Positions 50,047 to 60,401 of a stretch of 64,000 nucleotides of DNA are shown here, in pieces (position 1 is the first letter of the stretch; the number at the start of each line of letters is the position of its first letter). The notes under the pieces were generated by a model. The model did no database searches, had not been told where the DNA came from, and worked only from the letters and a program-made list of their open reading frames with translations. A program made the translations under genes and the position numbers. The stretch comes from an uncultured Candidatus Sumerlaeota bacterium (GTDB lineage: Bacteria > Sumerlaeota > Sumerlaeia > SLMS01): the NCBI GenBank assembly GCA_964437365.1, contig CAYTGM010000002.1, forward strand, positions 130,212 through 194,211, written 5' to 3'.

Positions 50047-51405
50047 TTATGAAGCTTTAGATAAGGCTGTGAGGTCTGAGAATAGGTTTGGAAAATTGTA
50101 GGAATACTTGATTGAAGGGTGATAACGTGCAGCGGCTTCTCTTTCAAGACAACTCTTTCCACGAATGTTTGGTGCGAAGAGAAAGCAGTGCAGTGGAGCC
50201 GCGAGCCCATCCGTGGAGCAGCGCTTCGAGCGAAGTATCCTGTACCCGGCACGGTGAAAGGTCTCAAGCAGGCCTGTTCGAGTGTACTCTCTGTATGTAC
50301 CAGAGTTTCGATACCAGGAGGGTTGCCTTTCCATGATACTCTTCGCGCTGATAAGGGGCGTTTCGATGTAAATGAGTCCAGCAGTATACATAAGTTTGTT
50401 TAAAGCTTTCAAGAAGCAGACATCATCTCTTTGCCAGCGTAGCATATCTCCCATCAATATCAGATGATAGCGTCTTTGACTTTGGAGACCCGCTTTCTCT
50501 TTGGAGAATTGCGAGATATCTATCTGGTCAGTCTCGTATCCTATATGCTGGAGTGTTGTGTCCGGGCTCCATGTGTGAGAGGTCAGTTCGAGTGCTCTAT
50601 AAGTATAGGCATCCTCGATTCGGCTTAGGCCCATTTTTTTTAGATTTGCAAGCCTTGTCTCTCCGTCTGCCCTGATAGGCTCTGAGTATGTTCCAGGCGA
50701 AGCCCTGGTGTCGCTAAACAAGCCAGTCTTAATCACATTGCCTGTTTCAGGCTCTAATTCAATCTGGTGGGGGAATTGGAGCAGCCTTTGACGTGGGGAA
50801 CCTTCTGGAGTTGATCTTAGCTTTTGAGAAACAAGTGCTTTCTTGATTGCTGACGTCTCAAATTCAGTCACATGGCTTTCAAGAAAACTCAGAACCCATG
50901 CACAGAATATATAGATAAAGTATCCAGGTAGGCTTGACGTTTGCACTGGCAATGATTTTTCTGCGACAGTAAGTCTATTTTGATAAATCCATGACTTGAA
51001 TACTGTAGCAAAGCTATTCCAACTAAAGAGAACCGAGCTATTTGAGGACCGAATCAAATGTATAGAAAGATCATGCCGATCGGGCCTTGCAGGTCTGCCT
51101 GTCACCACATAGTGGTCTCGAAGATGTTTCCGAAAACGTTTAGTTGAAAGTAGTTCAGCCGTTGCCGCACCAGGTGAAAGATATACTCTGACTTCTGAAT
51201 CTCGACGGAATATCTGATCCATGAAGTCCAGGGTCAACTCAGAGCTGTCTGAGCCTGCTATATATACTCGATTGCACCTTCTGGATAGTCGAAAGGGAGT
51301 GAGAATAGATTTTGATGACTTATCAGCGAGGTAGTAAACCGCCGCTAAGGCCTCCCCAAAGAGATAATGAAATTCGTTGAAATAAAGATCCGCTAGATTC
51401 CTCAT
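50047..51405 (-). CDS. Hypothetical protein
   Basis: 452 aa. No motif recognised by eye. Confidence 0.3.
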   Translation of the reverse strand: MRNLADLYFNEFHYLFGEALAAVYYLADKSSKSILTPFRLSRRCNRVYIAGSDSSELTLDFMDQIFRRDSEVRVYLSPGAATAELLSTKRFRKHLRDHYVVTGRPARPDRHDLSIHLIRSSNSSVLFSWNSFATVFKSWIYQNRLTVAEKSLPVQTSSLPGYFIYIFCAWVLSFLESHVTEFETSAIKKALVSQKLRSTPEGSPRQRLLQFPHQIELEPETGNVIKTGLFSDTRASPGTYSEPIRADGETRLANLKKMGLSRIEDAYTYRALELTSHTWSPDTTLQHIGYETDQIDISQFSKEKAGLQSQRRYHLILMGDMLRWQRDDVCFLKALNKLMYTAGLIYIETPLISAKSIMERQPSWYRNSGTYREYTRTGLLETFHRAGYRILRSKRCSTDGLAAPLHCFLFAPNIRGKSCLEREAAARYHPSIKYSYNFPNLFSDLTALSKAS

Positions 51406-51530
51406 GACTCTCCCCTTTCCTCATAATAGATGGCTGAGTTCCCATTGCTCGCCAAGCTATGTATTATTGAGAGTATTGGGCAAATCTATAGATCTGTCAC
51501 TACAATCTTATCTCTTCGTATCACTACGGT

Positions 51531-52607
51531 TCAGGATGAATCGGTACCGCTAATTTCAGGTGGTTTCGTTCCCATGACGACTTCATGTGAGATCCCTTCT
51601 TTTTCCATCCTGTCGTGATACTTCTGGAGATCTTCATCAAGTTTTACAACAAGTTTTCTAGAAACCGATTCGGCAGCAACTCTCAATGCATTCATGATCG
51701 CTTTCGCGTTTGAAGATCCGTGGCTGATAATAGCAACTCCATTGACGCCCAGAAGTGGCGCCCCCCCGGTTTCATCGTAATCAGTGCGTTTCTTGACCGC
51801 CTTAACCGCAGGTATCATCATCGCACCACCGACCATGGTTGGGATGCTCTTCTTAGCCTCTCGCTTCAAAAGTTCGGTGATGGTCTTGGCCAATGCTTCC
51901 GAAGTCTTGAGCACAATATTCCCAACGAAACCATCACAGACAATCACATCGAAATCCCCGGTAAAGATATCCCGGCCTTCAGCATTCCCCAGAAAATTCA
52001 ATCCTGTTTTCTTCAGAAGCTGATGTGCGCCCAGGACAAGTTCATTCCCTTTCGTTTCTTCTTCACCGATGGAGAGTAAACCAACGCGCGGGTTCACTCT
52101 TCCAAGGACCTCGCGGGCATACGTGGAGCCCATAATCGCAAAGTTCACCAATTGATGAGGGCGTGCATCTACGACTGCTCCAGAATCTATAATGACGACT
52201 CTATCCCCGAGCGTCGGAAGCAGGGTAGCGATTGCTGGCTTTTTGATATTTGGAAGATTTCGCCACTTTGTCTGAGCATGGATCAGAAAGGCACCTGTAT
52301 TTGACGGTGAGACTACCGCTGAGGCCTCGCCGTCCTTAACGAGTTTCACGGCAACGGCCAGAGAGCTCTTCCTCTTTCTCAAAGAAGCGCTTGGCGTATC
52401 TTCCATGGTGACCACATCCTCAGCATGAACGATACTGATTCTAGGGTCTTTTCTATCCTTTTGCTTGGTTGAGAGAAGCCTCTTCAGGTTTCGCTCATTC
52501 CCAACAAGAACGACCTCGATATTAAACCTCTGGCAGGCAGCAAGTGCTCCCTCCACACAGGGTCTGGGCCCCAGGTCTCCGCCCATGCAGTCTAGTGCAA
52601 CACGCAT
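51531..52607 (-). CDS. plsX: Phosphate acyltransferase PlsX
   Basis: MRVALDCMGGD N-terminus. 358 aa. Immediately downstream of rpmF, as in the conserved rpmF-plsX arrangement. Confidence 0.85.
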   Translation of the reverse strand: MRVALDCMGGDLGPRPCVEGALAACQRFNIEVVLVGNERNLKRLLSTKQKDRKDPRISIVHAEDVVTMEDTPSASLRKRKSSLAVAVKLVKDGEASAVVSPSNTGAFLIHAQTKWRNLPNIKKPAIATLLPTLGDRVVIIDSGAVVDARPHQLVNFAIMGSTYAREVLGRVNPRVGLLSIGEEETKGNELVLGAHQLLKKTGLNFLGNAEGRDIFTGDFDVIVCDGFVGNIVLKTSEALAKTITELLKREAKKSIPTMVGGAMMIPAVKAVKKRTDYDETGGAPLLGVNGVAIISHGSSNAKAIMNALRVAAESVSRKLVVKLDEDLQKYHDRMEKEGISHEVVMGTKPPEISGTDSS

Positions 52608-52707
52608 TCGTTGATTTGATTCCTTTGGCGTAAAAATGATTCAGCCGCAAAGACACTGGAGAGCGTCTTCGCGGCAATCGCTAGGAACAAGGAAAAACCG
52701 GTGCTGT

Positions 52708-52893
52708 TTACGCCAAAGATTCTGGCGAAACGACTGCTTTACCTTTGTAACTCCCGCACTTAAGACAGATGCGGTGAGGAATTTTAGGTGCACCACACTG
52801 ATCGCAACTAATGGTCTGCTTTGCCCGCAATTTCTTATGGGCGCGGTCTTTACCTTGTCGTGATCTGCAGTGTCGTCTTCGAGGTACTGGCAT
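52708..52893 (-). CDS. rpmF: 50S ribosomal protein L32
   Basis: 61 aa. MPVPRRRHCRSRQGKDRAHKKL...CDQCGAPKIPHRICLKCGSYKG. Confidence 0.8.
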   Translation of the reverse strand: MPVPRRRHCRSRQGKDRAHKKLRAKQTISCDQCGAPKIPHRICLKCGSYKGKAVVSPESLA

Positions 52894-52976
52894 GGAAAAT
52901 CCTCCGATTCAAGAGCGCGAGAGAGTCACAAGAGACTGTACCCCGCGTCAAGCCAGAAAATGAGTAAATTCGTACT

Positions 52977-53687
52977 TTAGGTTTTTTCTATTTCCTGAGG
53001 ACCTTTTGAATCTCTCAAAAGGTCCCTTTTATGGGCTTTCACGAGCCGCCTTCTCAATCTTTGCATTAATGTGTTAAGGCGATTTCTGCGTTCGACCGCT
53101 GAGCCTTCCCACCGCCCAGTTACCCTGATCGGTTTGAAATACCTCACCCGAAAAGGAATGAATAACTTCGGAAAACGGCGCCACCTCGGGAAGGCTCTTA
53201 ACGTCCCTGAAATATAGGCGGGAATGATTGGAGCCCCACTTTGAAGAGCGAGGCGACCAACTCCGTTCAGCAGTGGAAGGATTTCGCTCCCATCACCTCT
53301 CTGCCCTTCGGGATAAATACAGATCACTTCACCATGCTCCAGAAGGGTTTTCATCAGCCGATAGGTATGGCGGTCGAATTCGTGTCCACCGGCCACAGGG
53401 ATGGCACCCAGGGACTTCAGGTACCACGCGATGAGAGGATTCGTGTAAAGTCCCCGCCAGGCGAAGAAATACACACGTCGCTTAACGGCGAATGCCGTAG
53501 CTGGGGGATCAAAATAACTGACGTGATTAGGGGCGATGATGGCTGGCCCTGACGAGGGGATGTTCTTAAGTCCTTTCGCACGGAAAAAGTAAAAGAACAA
53601 GAGTACAAACCCCCCTGCCAATTTCGTGAGGAACATCACAACTTGCGAGTAATCATTTTCGGGAGAGGTCTCTGCGGAATTCTTCAC
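52977..53687 (-). CDS. plsC: 1-acyl-sn-glycerol-3-phosphate acyltransferase
   Basis: 236 aa. HxxxxD acyltransferase motif NHVSYFD and a downstream PEGQRG box. Confidence 0.7.
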   Translation of the reverse strand: MKNSAETSPENDYSQVVMFLTKLAGGFVLLFFYFFRAKGLKNIPSSGPAIIAPNHVSYFDPPATAFAVKRRVYFFAWRGLYTNPLIAWYLKSLGAIPVAGGHEFDRHTYRLMKTLLEHGEVICIYPEGQRGDGSEILPLLNGVGRLALQSGAPIIPAYISGTLRAFPRWRRFPKLFIPFRVRYFKPIRVTGRWEGSAVERRNRLNTLMQRLRRRLVKAHKRDLLRDSKGPQEIEKT

Positions 53688-53697
53688 TGGGTGAGCG

Positions 53698-54696
53698 TTA
53701 AACTTTCAACTGCTGATAGACATTATCAACGAGCTCTGCACTCTTGAAGAATGCTTCCTCTTCCGAACTTGAGAGCTCGATCTCAATAGGAGCCTGGGCT
53801 CCTTCTCGCGTAATCAGAGAAGGAAGGGACAAGCATAAGTCATCAAAGCCATAGGCTCCTGAAAGTGCGCGAGAAACTGTCAGCAGCCTTGATTGATCAT
53901 AGTGAATAGCTTCATAAACTCGCAACATTGAGAATCCGATCGCAAAGCTCGTCGCCCCTTTGCGTTCAATAATCTGGTAAGCGGCTCTCTTAACACCATT
54001 CGTGATATTCTCCCTGTCTTTGCTAGACATAACCTGTCCCGTCTTTTCTGAGTATTCCTGAATCGTATGTACACCTACCGAGGCGCGCGACCAGACAAGA
54101 ACCTCTGAATCACCATGTTCGCCTATGACTTTTGCCTGTATATTTCTAGGATCAATCTTAAAGTAATTCGCCAGAAGTAATGAGAATCTCGCTGAATCCA
54201 GAGTCGTACCTGTGCCGAAAACGCGCTCACGAGGGAGACCTGACAGATTTAAGGCCAGTCTGGTCATCACATCGACAGGGTTCGTAATGATGACATAGAT
54301 AGCGCGAGGATTGATTTCTGAGAGCTTCGGAAACAGGGTGTGAAAGATATCTGCATTCCGATGAACAAGCTCAATCCTTGTTTGTCCGGGCGTCTGAGCC
54401 GCGCCTGCCGTGATGACAATAATATCGCAATCCCTGGCGTCTTCAAGTTCACCTGTCCGCATTTTGATTGGACGACCGTAAGGTAAGCAGTGGGAAAGAT
54501 CCATGAGCTCTCCCTCTGCTTTTGCACTGTCAATATCAATGAAGACAATCTCCCCGACCCGTCCCTCATGAACCAGCGCATAGGCAAAGGCAGACCCTAC
54601 AGCACCCATGCCGATGATCGCAACTCTCTGAGCACCTCTGGGCGTTCTGAGTTGAAAAGCCATTTCTCGGGTCAGGTCAGGTTGTGACAAGGTCAC
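53698..54696 (-). CDS. ldh: L-lactate dehydrogenase (LDH/MDH family)
   Basis: Rossmann motif AIIGMGAVGSAFA. Substrate loop GAAQTPGQTR has Gln at the LDH-discriminating position. Catalytic IGEHGDS. Confidence 0.7.
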   Translation of the reverse strand: MTLSQPDLTREMAFQLRTPRGAQRVAIIGMGAVGSAFAYALVHEGRVGEIVFIDIDSAKAEGELMDLSHCLPYGRPIKMRTGELEDARDCDIIVITAGAAQTPGQTRIELVHRNADIFHTLFPKLSEINPRAIYVIITNPVDVMTRLALNLSGLPRERVFGTGTTLDSARFSLLLANYFKIDPRNIQAKVIGEHGDSEVLVWSRASVGVHTIQEYSEKTGQVMSSKDRENITNGVKRAAYQIIERKGATSFAIGFSMLRVYEAIHYDQSRLLTVSRALSGAYGFDDLCLSLPSLITREGAQAPIEIELSSSEEEAFFKSAELVDNVYQQLKV

Positions 54697-54711
54697 GCCT
54701 CCCCAGTTGAT

Positions 54712-55545
54712 TTACTTTTGATGGAGCTCCGTTGCCAGGCTTTGTATATAGGTAGCGACTTCTGATTTGACGTCCCGGCCTTCCTGATTGGATGTTTCTA
54801 TTAATTTTACCAGAGAACTTCCAACAACGACGGCATCTGCTCCAGCATCTACTGCGGCGCGTACATGTTTCGGTTCGCTGATTCCAAATCCTAACGCTAC
54901 GGGCAGAGATGAGGCATCGTGCAACTTCTTGATGTAGCCCTCTGTTGAACTTGCAAGTCCACTCAGCTGGCCTGTGGTGCCCTTCATTGAGATCGCATAG
55001 ACAAAACCACTTGAGCGCTCGCCAATGCTTTTCAATCTCTGAGGGCTGGAGGTTGGAGCTGCCAGTGTAATCAGGTGCAGGTTTTTCTTCTTCAGGATCT
55101 CTCGGAACTCGTCCGCTTCATCAAAAGGAAGGTCTGCGGCTAATATGCCGTCTGCTCCGGCTTTTCTTGCCATTTCTGCTGATTCTTCAAGTCCGCGAGC
55201 CAGATAGGGGTTATATGCACCGAAGAGTATGACAGGGATGTCTGAGGTCTTGCGAAAGCCTTCCAGTAGCTCAAGAGATCCTGGAAAGGACATGCCCTCA
55301 TGCAGAGCGACGGTTGATGATTGCTGGATAATCGGTCCATCAGCGATGGGGTCACTGAATGGAACTCCAAGCTCCAGTAAATCACAGCCTGAGTCGCTGA
55401 TAACACTCAACACATCCTGAGAAATCTTTCTGTTCGGGAAACCAGCGGTCAGATAAAGGATCAGTGCTGCCCGGTTTTCTGATCTGCACGCTGCAAAGAG
55501 ATTGTCGACTCTGTTCTGTATATCGGTCACAGCACCTAAGGACAT
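54712..55545 (-). CDS. trpA: Tryptophan synthase alpha chain
   Basis: 277 aa. YLTAGFP and ELGVPFSDPIADGP motifs. No trpB adjacent. Confidence 0.85.
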   Translation of the reverse strand: MSLGAVTDIQNRVDNLFAACRSENRAALILYLTAGFPNRKISQDVLSVISDSGCDLLELGVPFSDPIADGPIIQQSSTVALHEGMSFPGSLELLEGFRKTSDIPVILFGAYNPYLARGLEESAEMARKAGADGILAADLPFDEADEFREILKKKNLHLITLAAPTSSPQRLKSIGERSSGFVYAISMKGTTGQLSGLASSTEGYIKKLHDASSLPVALGFGISEPKHVRAAVDAGADAVVVGSSLVKLIETSNQEGRDVKSEVATYIQSLATELHQK

Positions 55546-56469
55546 TTACTTACCACCTGCAAACGGGTTCACACCTGGGTCGCCACCGGCTGCTGGAGGT
55601 GGGCCAAACCCAGCCGGCCCTGAGGCAAACGGATCAGGTCCCTGCGCAGCAAATGGGTCTTGAAAGCCCTGTCCTGGAGCTCCCTGGTTTGGCTGTGGAG
55701 GAGGTGGCAGGAAAGGCTCCGTAAATTCTCCTGGCAGGGGAGCAAAAGGATCTTCGAGGAGAAGAGCTTCATCCTCCTCATCTTCGCTTCCAGTCCCTGT
55801 TAAGCTTTCTGCGATTTCCAGGGCAGAAGTATTTTCGCCTCTAAGCAGAAAGTAGGTCGCAGGGTCCAGTGGGTCTAAATCATCGGCTCGCTCGTCGAAT
55901 CCCGCTGCTTCTCTTCTCTGGTCAGCAACCAACTGGACTACAGGTAGAGCGGATTCAAACCTTGCTGCATCTCTTTCGCCAAGGGTCGGTGCCAGAGCTT
56001 GCAGAGCTTCCAGTTCATTTTCAAGACGACGTCTTTCCTCAGTATCTAAATCAGTGATCGTCTGCAACCTGTTGAGCGCACTCTCAGCTATTTCAACATA
56101 CGGCTCCGAGGTTCTCCAGTCTGGTGACGTCCAAGTCATCCCCAAGGGATCACCGTACGAGGAAGCACTGTAATAGGTGCCAGCCAGGCTACGTGCACGT
56201 GTTGCAGTGAGGAATTGAAGGTCGACATGGGATGGAGCTCTCTCTGCCGCTTCTGACAAGAGCTGTACAGCCTCTTCATAATTCACGTGGTCGAGCTGTT
56301 CAACTGCATCAGCGTAATATGGGCGAGCGTCAGCATTCAGCGCTGAAGCCGACTCCTCTGAAAGGACAACTGTCCAATCGAGCGCTGCTGCCTGTTGGAT
56401 TACCAGACCGCTCATGGCAAAAAGGCTTAGAAGTTTAAATGATCGCTTCATATGAAAGCTTATCTCCAT
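55546..56469 (-). CDS. Hypothetical secreted protein with Pro/Gly-rich disordered C-terminus
   Basis: 307 aa. Signal peptide, helical (TPR-like?) N-domain, PFxxxGP low-complexity tail. Confidence 0.35.
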   Translation of the reverse strand: MEISFHMKRSFKLLSLFAMSGLVIQQAAALDWTVVLSEESASALNADARPYYADAVEQLDHVNYEEAVQLLSEAAERAPSHVDLQFLTATRARSLAGTYYSASSYGDPLGMTWTSPDWRTSEPYVEIAESALNRLQTITDLDTEERRRLENELEALQALAPTLGERDAARFESALPVVQLVADQRREAAGFDERADDLDPLDPATYFLLRGENTSALEIAESLTGTGSEDEEDEALLLEDPFAPLPGEFTEPFLPPPPQPNQGAPGQGFQDPFAAQGPDPFASGPAGFGPPPAAGGDPGVNPFAGGK

Positions 56470-56560
56470 CCTGAGTTGAGGGAGAATCTCTCACGAAAGC
56501 AGGCTGACTCAAGAGAAAGATACCTTGAACCTACCTTCCCGGGCCAGAAATTGACTGGAT

Positions 56561-57145
56561 TCAGCTCATTTTACGGCTTCCGGGCTTAACAGCCTCAGAG
56601 CCTTTGGCGCAAAACGGGCAGTCTGCAGGTTCATAGACTTCAAATTCGAGTCGAGTCAGGAAATAATAAGGGACAGAGGGGTTGAAGCTTCCCTTACTCC
56701 GGTCAACGATACTGGCATATCCGACAACCTCGGCCTCATGGGCTTTGACCAGATCTGCTACTTCAAGCACTGATTTGCCGGTGGTTACAACATCTTCAGC
56801 AATTAACACTTTCTGGCCTGCCCGCAGCTCGAAGCCTCGTCTCAGGACAAAATCTCCACCGTCCTTACGTTCGGCAAAGATGTTGGGGAGGCGAAGACTC
56901 TTCGACAGCTCATACCCCCACAGCATCCCACCAATCGCAGGGGAGAGAACAACCTCAGCATTCAGGTCCCGGGGAAGTACCCGGGCCATCATTTCTGCGA
57001 CCTGCTCGGCCACGTCGGCGTTCTCAAAAAGCTTTGCACACTGGCAGTATCTGTCGCTGTGTAAGCCTGAGCTGAGCAGAAAATGACCAACCAGCAGAGC
57101 GTTCTGTCTCTTTAATAACCGTTCCGTTTCCGCTGACAAACTCAT
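56561..57145 (-). CDS. pyrE: Orotate phosphoribosyltransferase
   Basis: 194 aa. PRPP-binding motif VLIAEDVVTTGKS. Confidence 0.8.
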   Translation of the reverse strand: MSLSAETERLLKRQNALLVGHFLLSSGLHSDRYCQCAKLFENADVAEQVAEMMARVLPRDLNAEVVLSPAIGGMLWGYELSKSLRLPNIFAERKDGGDFVLRRGFELRAGQKVLIAEDVVTTGKSVLEVADLVKAHEAEVVGYASIVDRSKGSFNPSVPYYFLTRLEFEVYEPADCPFCAKGSEAVKPGSRKMS

Positions 57146-57960
57146 GAGGATGCCCCTTCTCTTTCAGTTTTCACCTGGCTGTTCAAATCTTCAGTCTTTT
57201 TTCGAATCAACTCAAGCACATCCCCGGTTTCATTTCGTGCGGGGAGAATCCCTCTTGTCACATGAAGGAGATGATCAGCTTTCCGCTCCTCCAAGTTCGT
57301 TGCTTTGAGCACTTCAGAAATGCTTCCCCCCTGGGCACCAACGCCAGGGATTAGAAAAGGAAGTGCAGGAGCCACCTCGCTTATTCTCTGAAGATAATCG
57401 GGTCTGGTCGCACCGGTGACGAGACCACAATTCTCATGACTTCCACTCCAGATATTTACATTTTCAGCGATGCTGAGAAACAGGTCATTCTTAAGAAGAA
57501 AGTCGTCGGCTCCTGGGTTTGAAGTGAGACAGAGGAAATAATTCAATCGATCAGTATATTCCAAAAAAGGGTCGGCGCTATCTTTCCCCATGAGCGGATT
57601 AAGGGTCACAGAATCTGCGGCCAGAGATTCGTAGAGCGACTTTGCATAGTGTTTCGCTGTCGAACCGATATCCCCTCTCTTAGCATCAATAATCAGAAAT
57701 GAATCGTCTGGAATGTGCTCCCGCAATTGATAGAGAAGCTCGATCCCTTCCCATTCTAATGACTCGAAAAATGCGATGTTTACTTTATAGACAGGAGCGA
57801 TATCCTGGGTGGCATCGATGATAAGTCGTAGAAACTCTTCGTACCCACTAAGCGTGTGTGGAAAGGCTTTTGGCAGGTAGTCAGGAGAAGGTTCCAGTCC
57901 AATGGAAAGGATGCTTCCTGTTCTCCTTTGCGCCTGAGCAAGTTTATCAATACTTTTCAT
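57142..57960 (-). CDS. pyrF: Orotidine-5'-phosphate decarboxylase (type 2)
   Basis: 272 aa. ILSIGLEP...DAKRGDIGST motifs of the long-form OMPDC. ATGA overlap with pyrE. Confidence 0.75.
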   Translation of the reverse strand: MKSIDKLAQAQRRTGSILSIGLEPSPDYLPKAFPHTLSGYEEFLRLIIDATQDIAPVYKVNIAFFESLEWEGIELLYQLREHIPDDSFLIIDAKRGDIGSTAKHYAKSLYESLAADSVTLNPLMGKDSADPFLEYTDRLNYFLCLTSNPGADDFLLKNDLFLSIAENVNIWSGSHENCGLVTGATRPDYLQRISEVAPALPFLIPGVGAQGGSISEVLKATNLEERKADHLLHVTRGILPARNETGDVLELIRKKTEDLNSQVKTEREGASS

Positions 57961-57990
57961 AGAACAGAAACTTTCGATTAAAATCCTGTG

Positions 57991-59388
57991 TTACTTTTTC
58001 TTCTTCTTACTATCCGTTTTTTTCTTTTTTTTCTTCGCGGGCGAATTCAACTTCTGTGTTTCCGCGCTGGATTCTCTCACGGAATAAATACCTCCCTCAA
58101 AAATCTCCGGGGATATATACGCTGGGTTACCATTCACTAATGTCGCAGCAATTTCTGCCTTCATTTTCTTACCAAGCCAGGGACAGTTTACACTCTTTGA
58201 GCCCAGATGCTTGAGTTCAAATGTATATGGTTCGTCGAGTCTCACAAGGTTCAAATCAGCAGGAGAGCCTACTTTCAGTGTTCCCCATCTTTCGTTCATC
58301 ACCCGGGCTGGTGCACTCGTCATCTTTTCCACAAGAAACTCGAGCGGCCAGCGGCCCGTCGCCACAAACTCTGTGTACAGCACCGGGAAAGCTGTTTCCA
58401 TTCCGATGATGCCGAACGGAGCAGCGTCGAAGACATTGTCTTTCGCTGTCGCAGAGTGCGGCGCATGGTCTGTCGCAATACAATCAAGAGTCCCATCTTC
58501 CAGGGCCTGAATCAGCGCATCCCTGTCCTCTTCTTCACAGAGAGGAGGTTTCATTTTCGCATGGGTGTTATATTCAAGTACTGCTTCTTCAGTCATCGTA
58601 AGATGGTGAGGACTCACTTCGGCCGTTACATGAACACCATTTCTCTTGGCTTCACGAATCGCTTCGACACTCTCCCTTGTAGACACATGGCAAATGTGAA
58701 TATGCCCACCGGTAGCAGCTGCCAGAGCAACATCACGAGCGACAATAATCGACTCACTTACCCTCGGAATCCCTTTCAAGCCAAGCTTGAGAGATGTAAT
58801 GCCCTCATTCATCACACCTTCACCTGTGAGGTTCATGTCCTCACAATGTTCCATAATCGGCACCCCGAGCATACTTGTATATTCCAGGGCACGACGCATG
58901 ATCTCTGCATTCATCACCGGAAGGCCATCGTCACTGAAAGCTCCCGCTCCCACTTTCTGTAACTTTCCAAGGTCTGTTAATTCTTCGCCCTTCATCCCTA
59001 GTGTTATACAGGCAACCGGGATAACATTTACGCAACCAACTGATTCTGCGCGGGAAATGACATATTGAACGCCTGTTTCTGAATCACAGACAGGTTTTGT
59101 ATTGGGCATGCAGAAGATCGTTGTATACCCACCATGGGCAGCAGCACGCGTTCCAGTCTCGATCGTTTCTGAACCTTCAAATCCCGGCTCACGGAGATGA
59201 GTGTGCAACTCAACGAAGCCTGGGAAAATCGATAACCCTTTCGCATCGATAACGTGCTCGGCGATACGAGCCGGAATCTCCTTATCTATATCGACGATCT
59301 GGCCATTCTCGATGAGGATGTCCCGTCTACCATTGATTCCTTGAGAGGGATCAACCAGGTGTCCATCAAGTATCAAAGTCTTATTCAT
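57991..59388 (-). CDS. pyrC: Dihydroorotase with unusual Lys-rich C-terminal tail
   Basis: Probable start MNKTLILDG. Metal ligands HTHLREPG, ...DHAPH. The last ~30 aa (…[17 protein letters not shown]) are an extension beyond the usual DHOase end. Confidence 0.8.
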   Translation of the reverse strand: MNKTLILDGHLVDPSQGINGRRDILIENGQIVDIDKEIPARIAEHVIDAKGLSIFPGFVELHTHLREPGFEGSETIETGTRAAAHGGYTTIFCMPNTKPVCDSETGVQYVISRAESVGCVNVIPVACITLGMKGEELTDLGKLQKVGAGAFSDDGLPVMNAEIMRRALEYTSMLGVPIMEHCEDMNLTGEGVMNEGITSLKLGLKGIPRVSESIIVARDVALAAATGGHIHICHVSTRESVEAIREAKRNGVHVTAEVSPHHLTMTEEAVLEYNTHAKMKPPLCEEEDRDALIQALEDGTLDCIATDHAPHSATAKDNVFDAAPFGIIGMETAFPVLYTEFVATGRWPLEFLVEKMTSAPARVMNERWGTLKVGSPADLNLVRLDEPYTFELKHLGSKSVNCPWLGKKMKAEIAATLVNGNPAYISPEIFEGGIYSVRESSAETQKLNSPAKKKKKKTDSKKKKK

Positions 59389-60331
59389 GCTCTCTTGCTC
59401 CCTGAAGTAGATAAAAAACGGACATACGGATAGCAACTCCGTTTGTCACTTGATCGGCGATGAGCGTTCTGGGTGACTGCAGGACATCCCGAGAGATTTC
59501 AATTCCTCTGTTTACGGGACCTGGGTGAAGGATAATGGCTTCAGGGTGGGCGTAAGACAGCTTTTCAGAATCAAGGCCGTATAGAAGCTGATATTCCTTA
59601 AGTGAAGGAAAGAGATTTCTGCTCTGACGTTCCAGCTGAATTCTGAGGAGATAGACGACATCAGCATTTCTCAAACCTTCCCGAAGTGAGTGAACAACTT
59701 TGACGTTCATTTTTTTGAACTTCTCGGGAACAAGCGTAGGAGGACCAATGAGTGTCACGTGAGCGCCCAGTTTATTCAGTAACAGAATGTTTGAGCGAGC
59801 CACACGACTATGGAGAATATCTCCGATGATAGCAACGCGAAGTCCTTTGATGCTCCCGAGGGCTTCGCGCATTGTGAAGGCGTCAAGCAACGCTTGTGTG
59901 GGATGTTCATGCTGTCCATCGCCGGCATTGATGATAGAAGCTTTCATCGCCTTACTCAGAAAGTGATGAGCACCGCTGCTGCCATGACGCATCACCACAT
60001 AGTCAGCTCCCAGCGCCTCGATTGTTTCCACCGTGTCGAGGAGTACCTCGCCTTTTTTGACACTGCTGGTGTTGATATCAAAATTGATGACATCAGCCGA
60101 GAGGCGTCTTGCTGCAAGTTCAAATGATGTTCGTGTTCGAGTTGAGTTTTCGTAGAATAAATTGACAACGGTTTTGCCGCGAAGCGTTGGGACAGTCTTG
60201 ATGGCTCTTGTGATAACTTCTTTAAATCCCTTGGCCGTATCTAGAATAGAAATGATTTCTTTCGCGGAAAGCTGTTCGATGCCCAACAGGTGCTTACTTT
60301 TGAGCACCGCTGCTTCCTTACTTTTCTTCAT
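59381..60331 (-). CDS. pyrB: Aspartate carbamoyltransferase catalytic subunit
   Basis: 316 aa. STRTRTSFE and HPTQALLD (with HPGPVNRG) carbamoyl-phosphate/aspartate binding motifs. Confidence 0.85.
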   Translation of the reverse strand: MKKSKEAAVLKSKHLLGIEQLSAKEIISILDTAKGFKEVITRAIKTVPTLRGKTVVNLFYENSTRTRTSFELAARRLSADVINFDINTSSVKKGEVLLDTVETIEALGADYVVMRHGSSGAHHFLSKAMKASIINAGDGQHEHPTQALLDAFTMREALGSIKGLRVAIIGDILHSRVARSNILLLNKLGAHVTLIGPPTLVPEKFKKMNVKVVHSLREGLRNADVVYLLRIQLERQSRNLFPSLKEYQLLYGLDSEKLSYAHPEAIILHPGPVNRGIEISRDVLQSPRTLIADQVTNGVAIRMSVFYLLQGAREHE

Positions 60332-60401
60332 ATCGGACTCCGTAGTTTGATAGACAAGCTATACGGACGGACCAGCCCCCGGGGCAGTCAGTCACTTCCC
60401 T

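Noticed and set aside
58207-58962. 251-aa + strand ORF antisense to pyrC
   Set aside because: Lies wholly within the well-supported dihydroorotase gene. No motifs.
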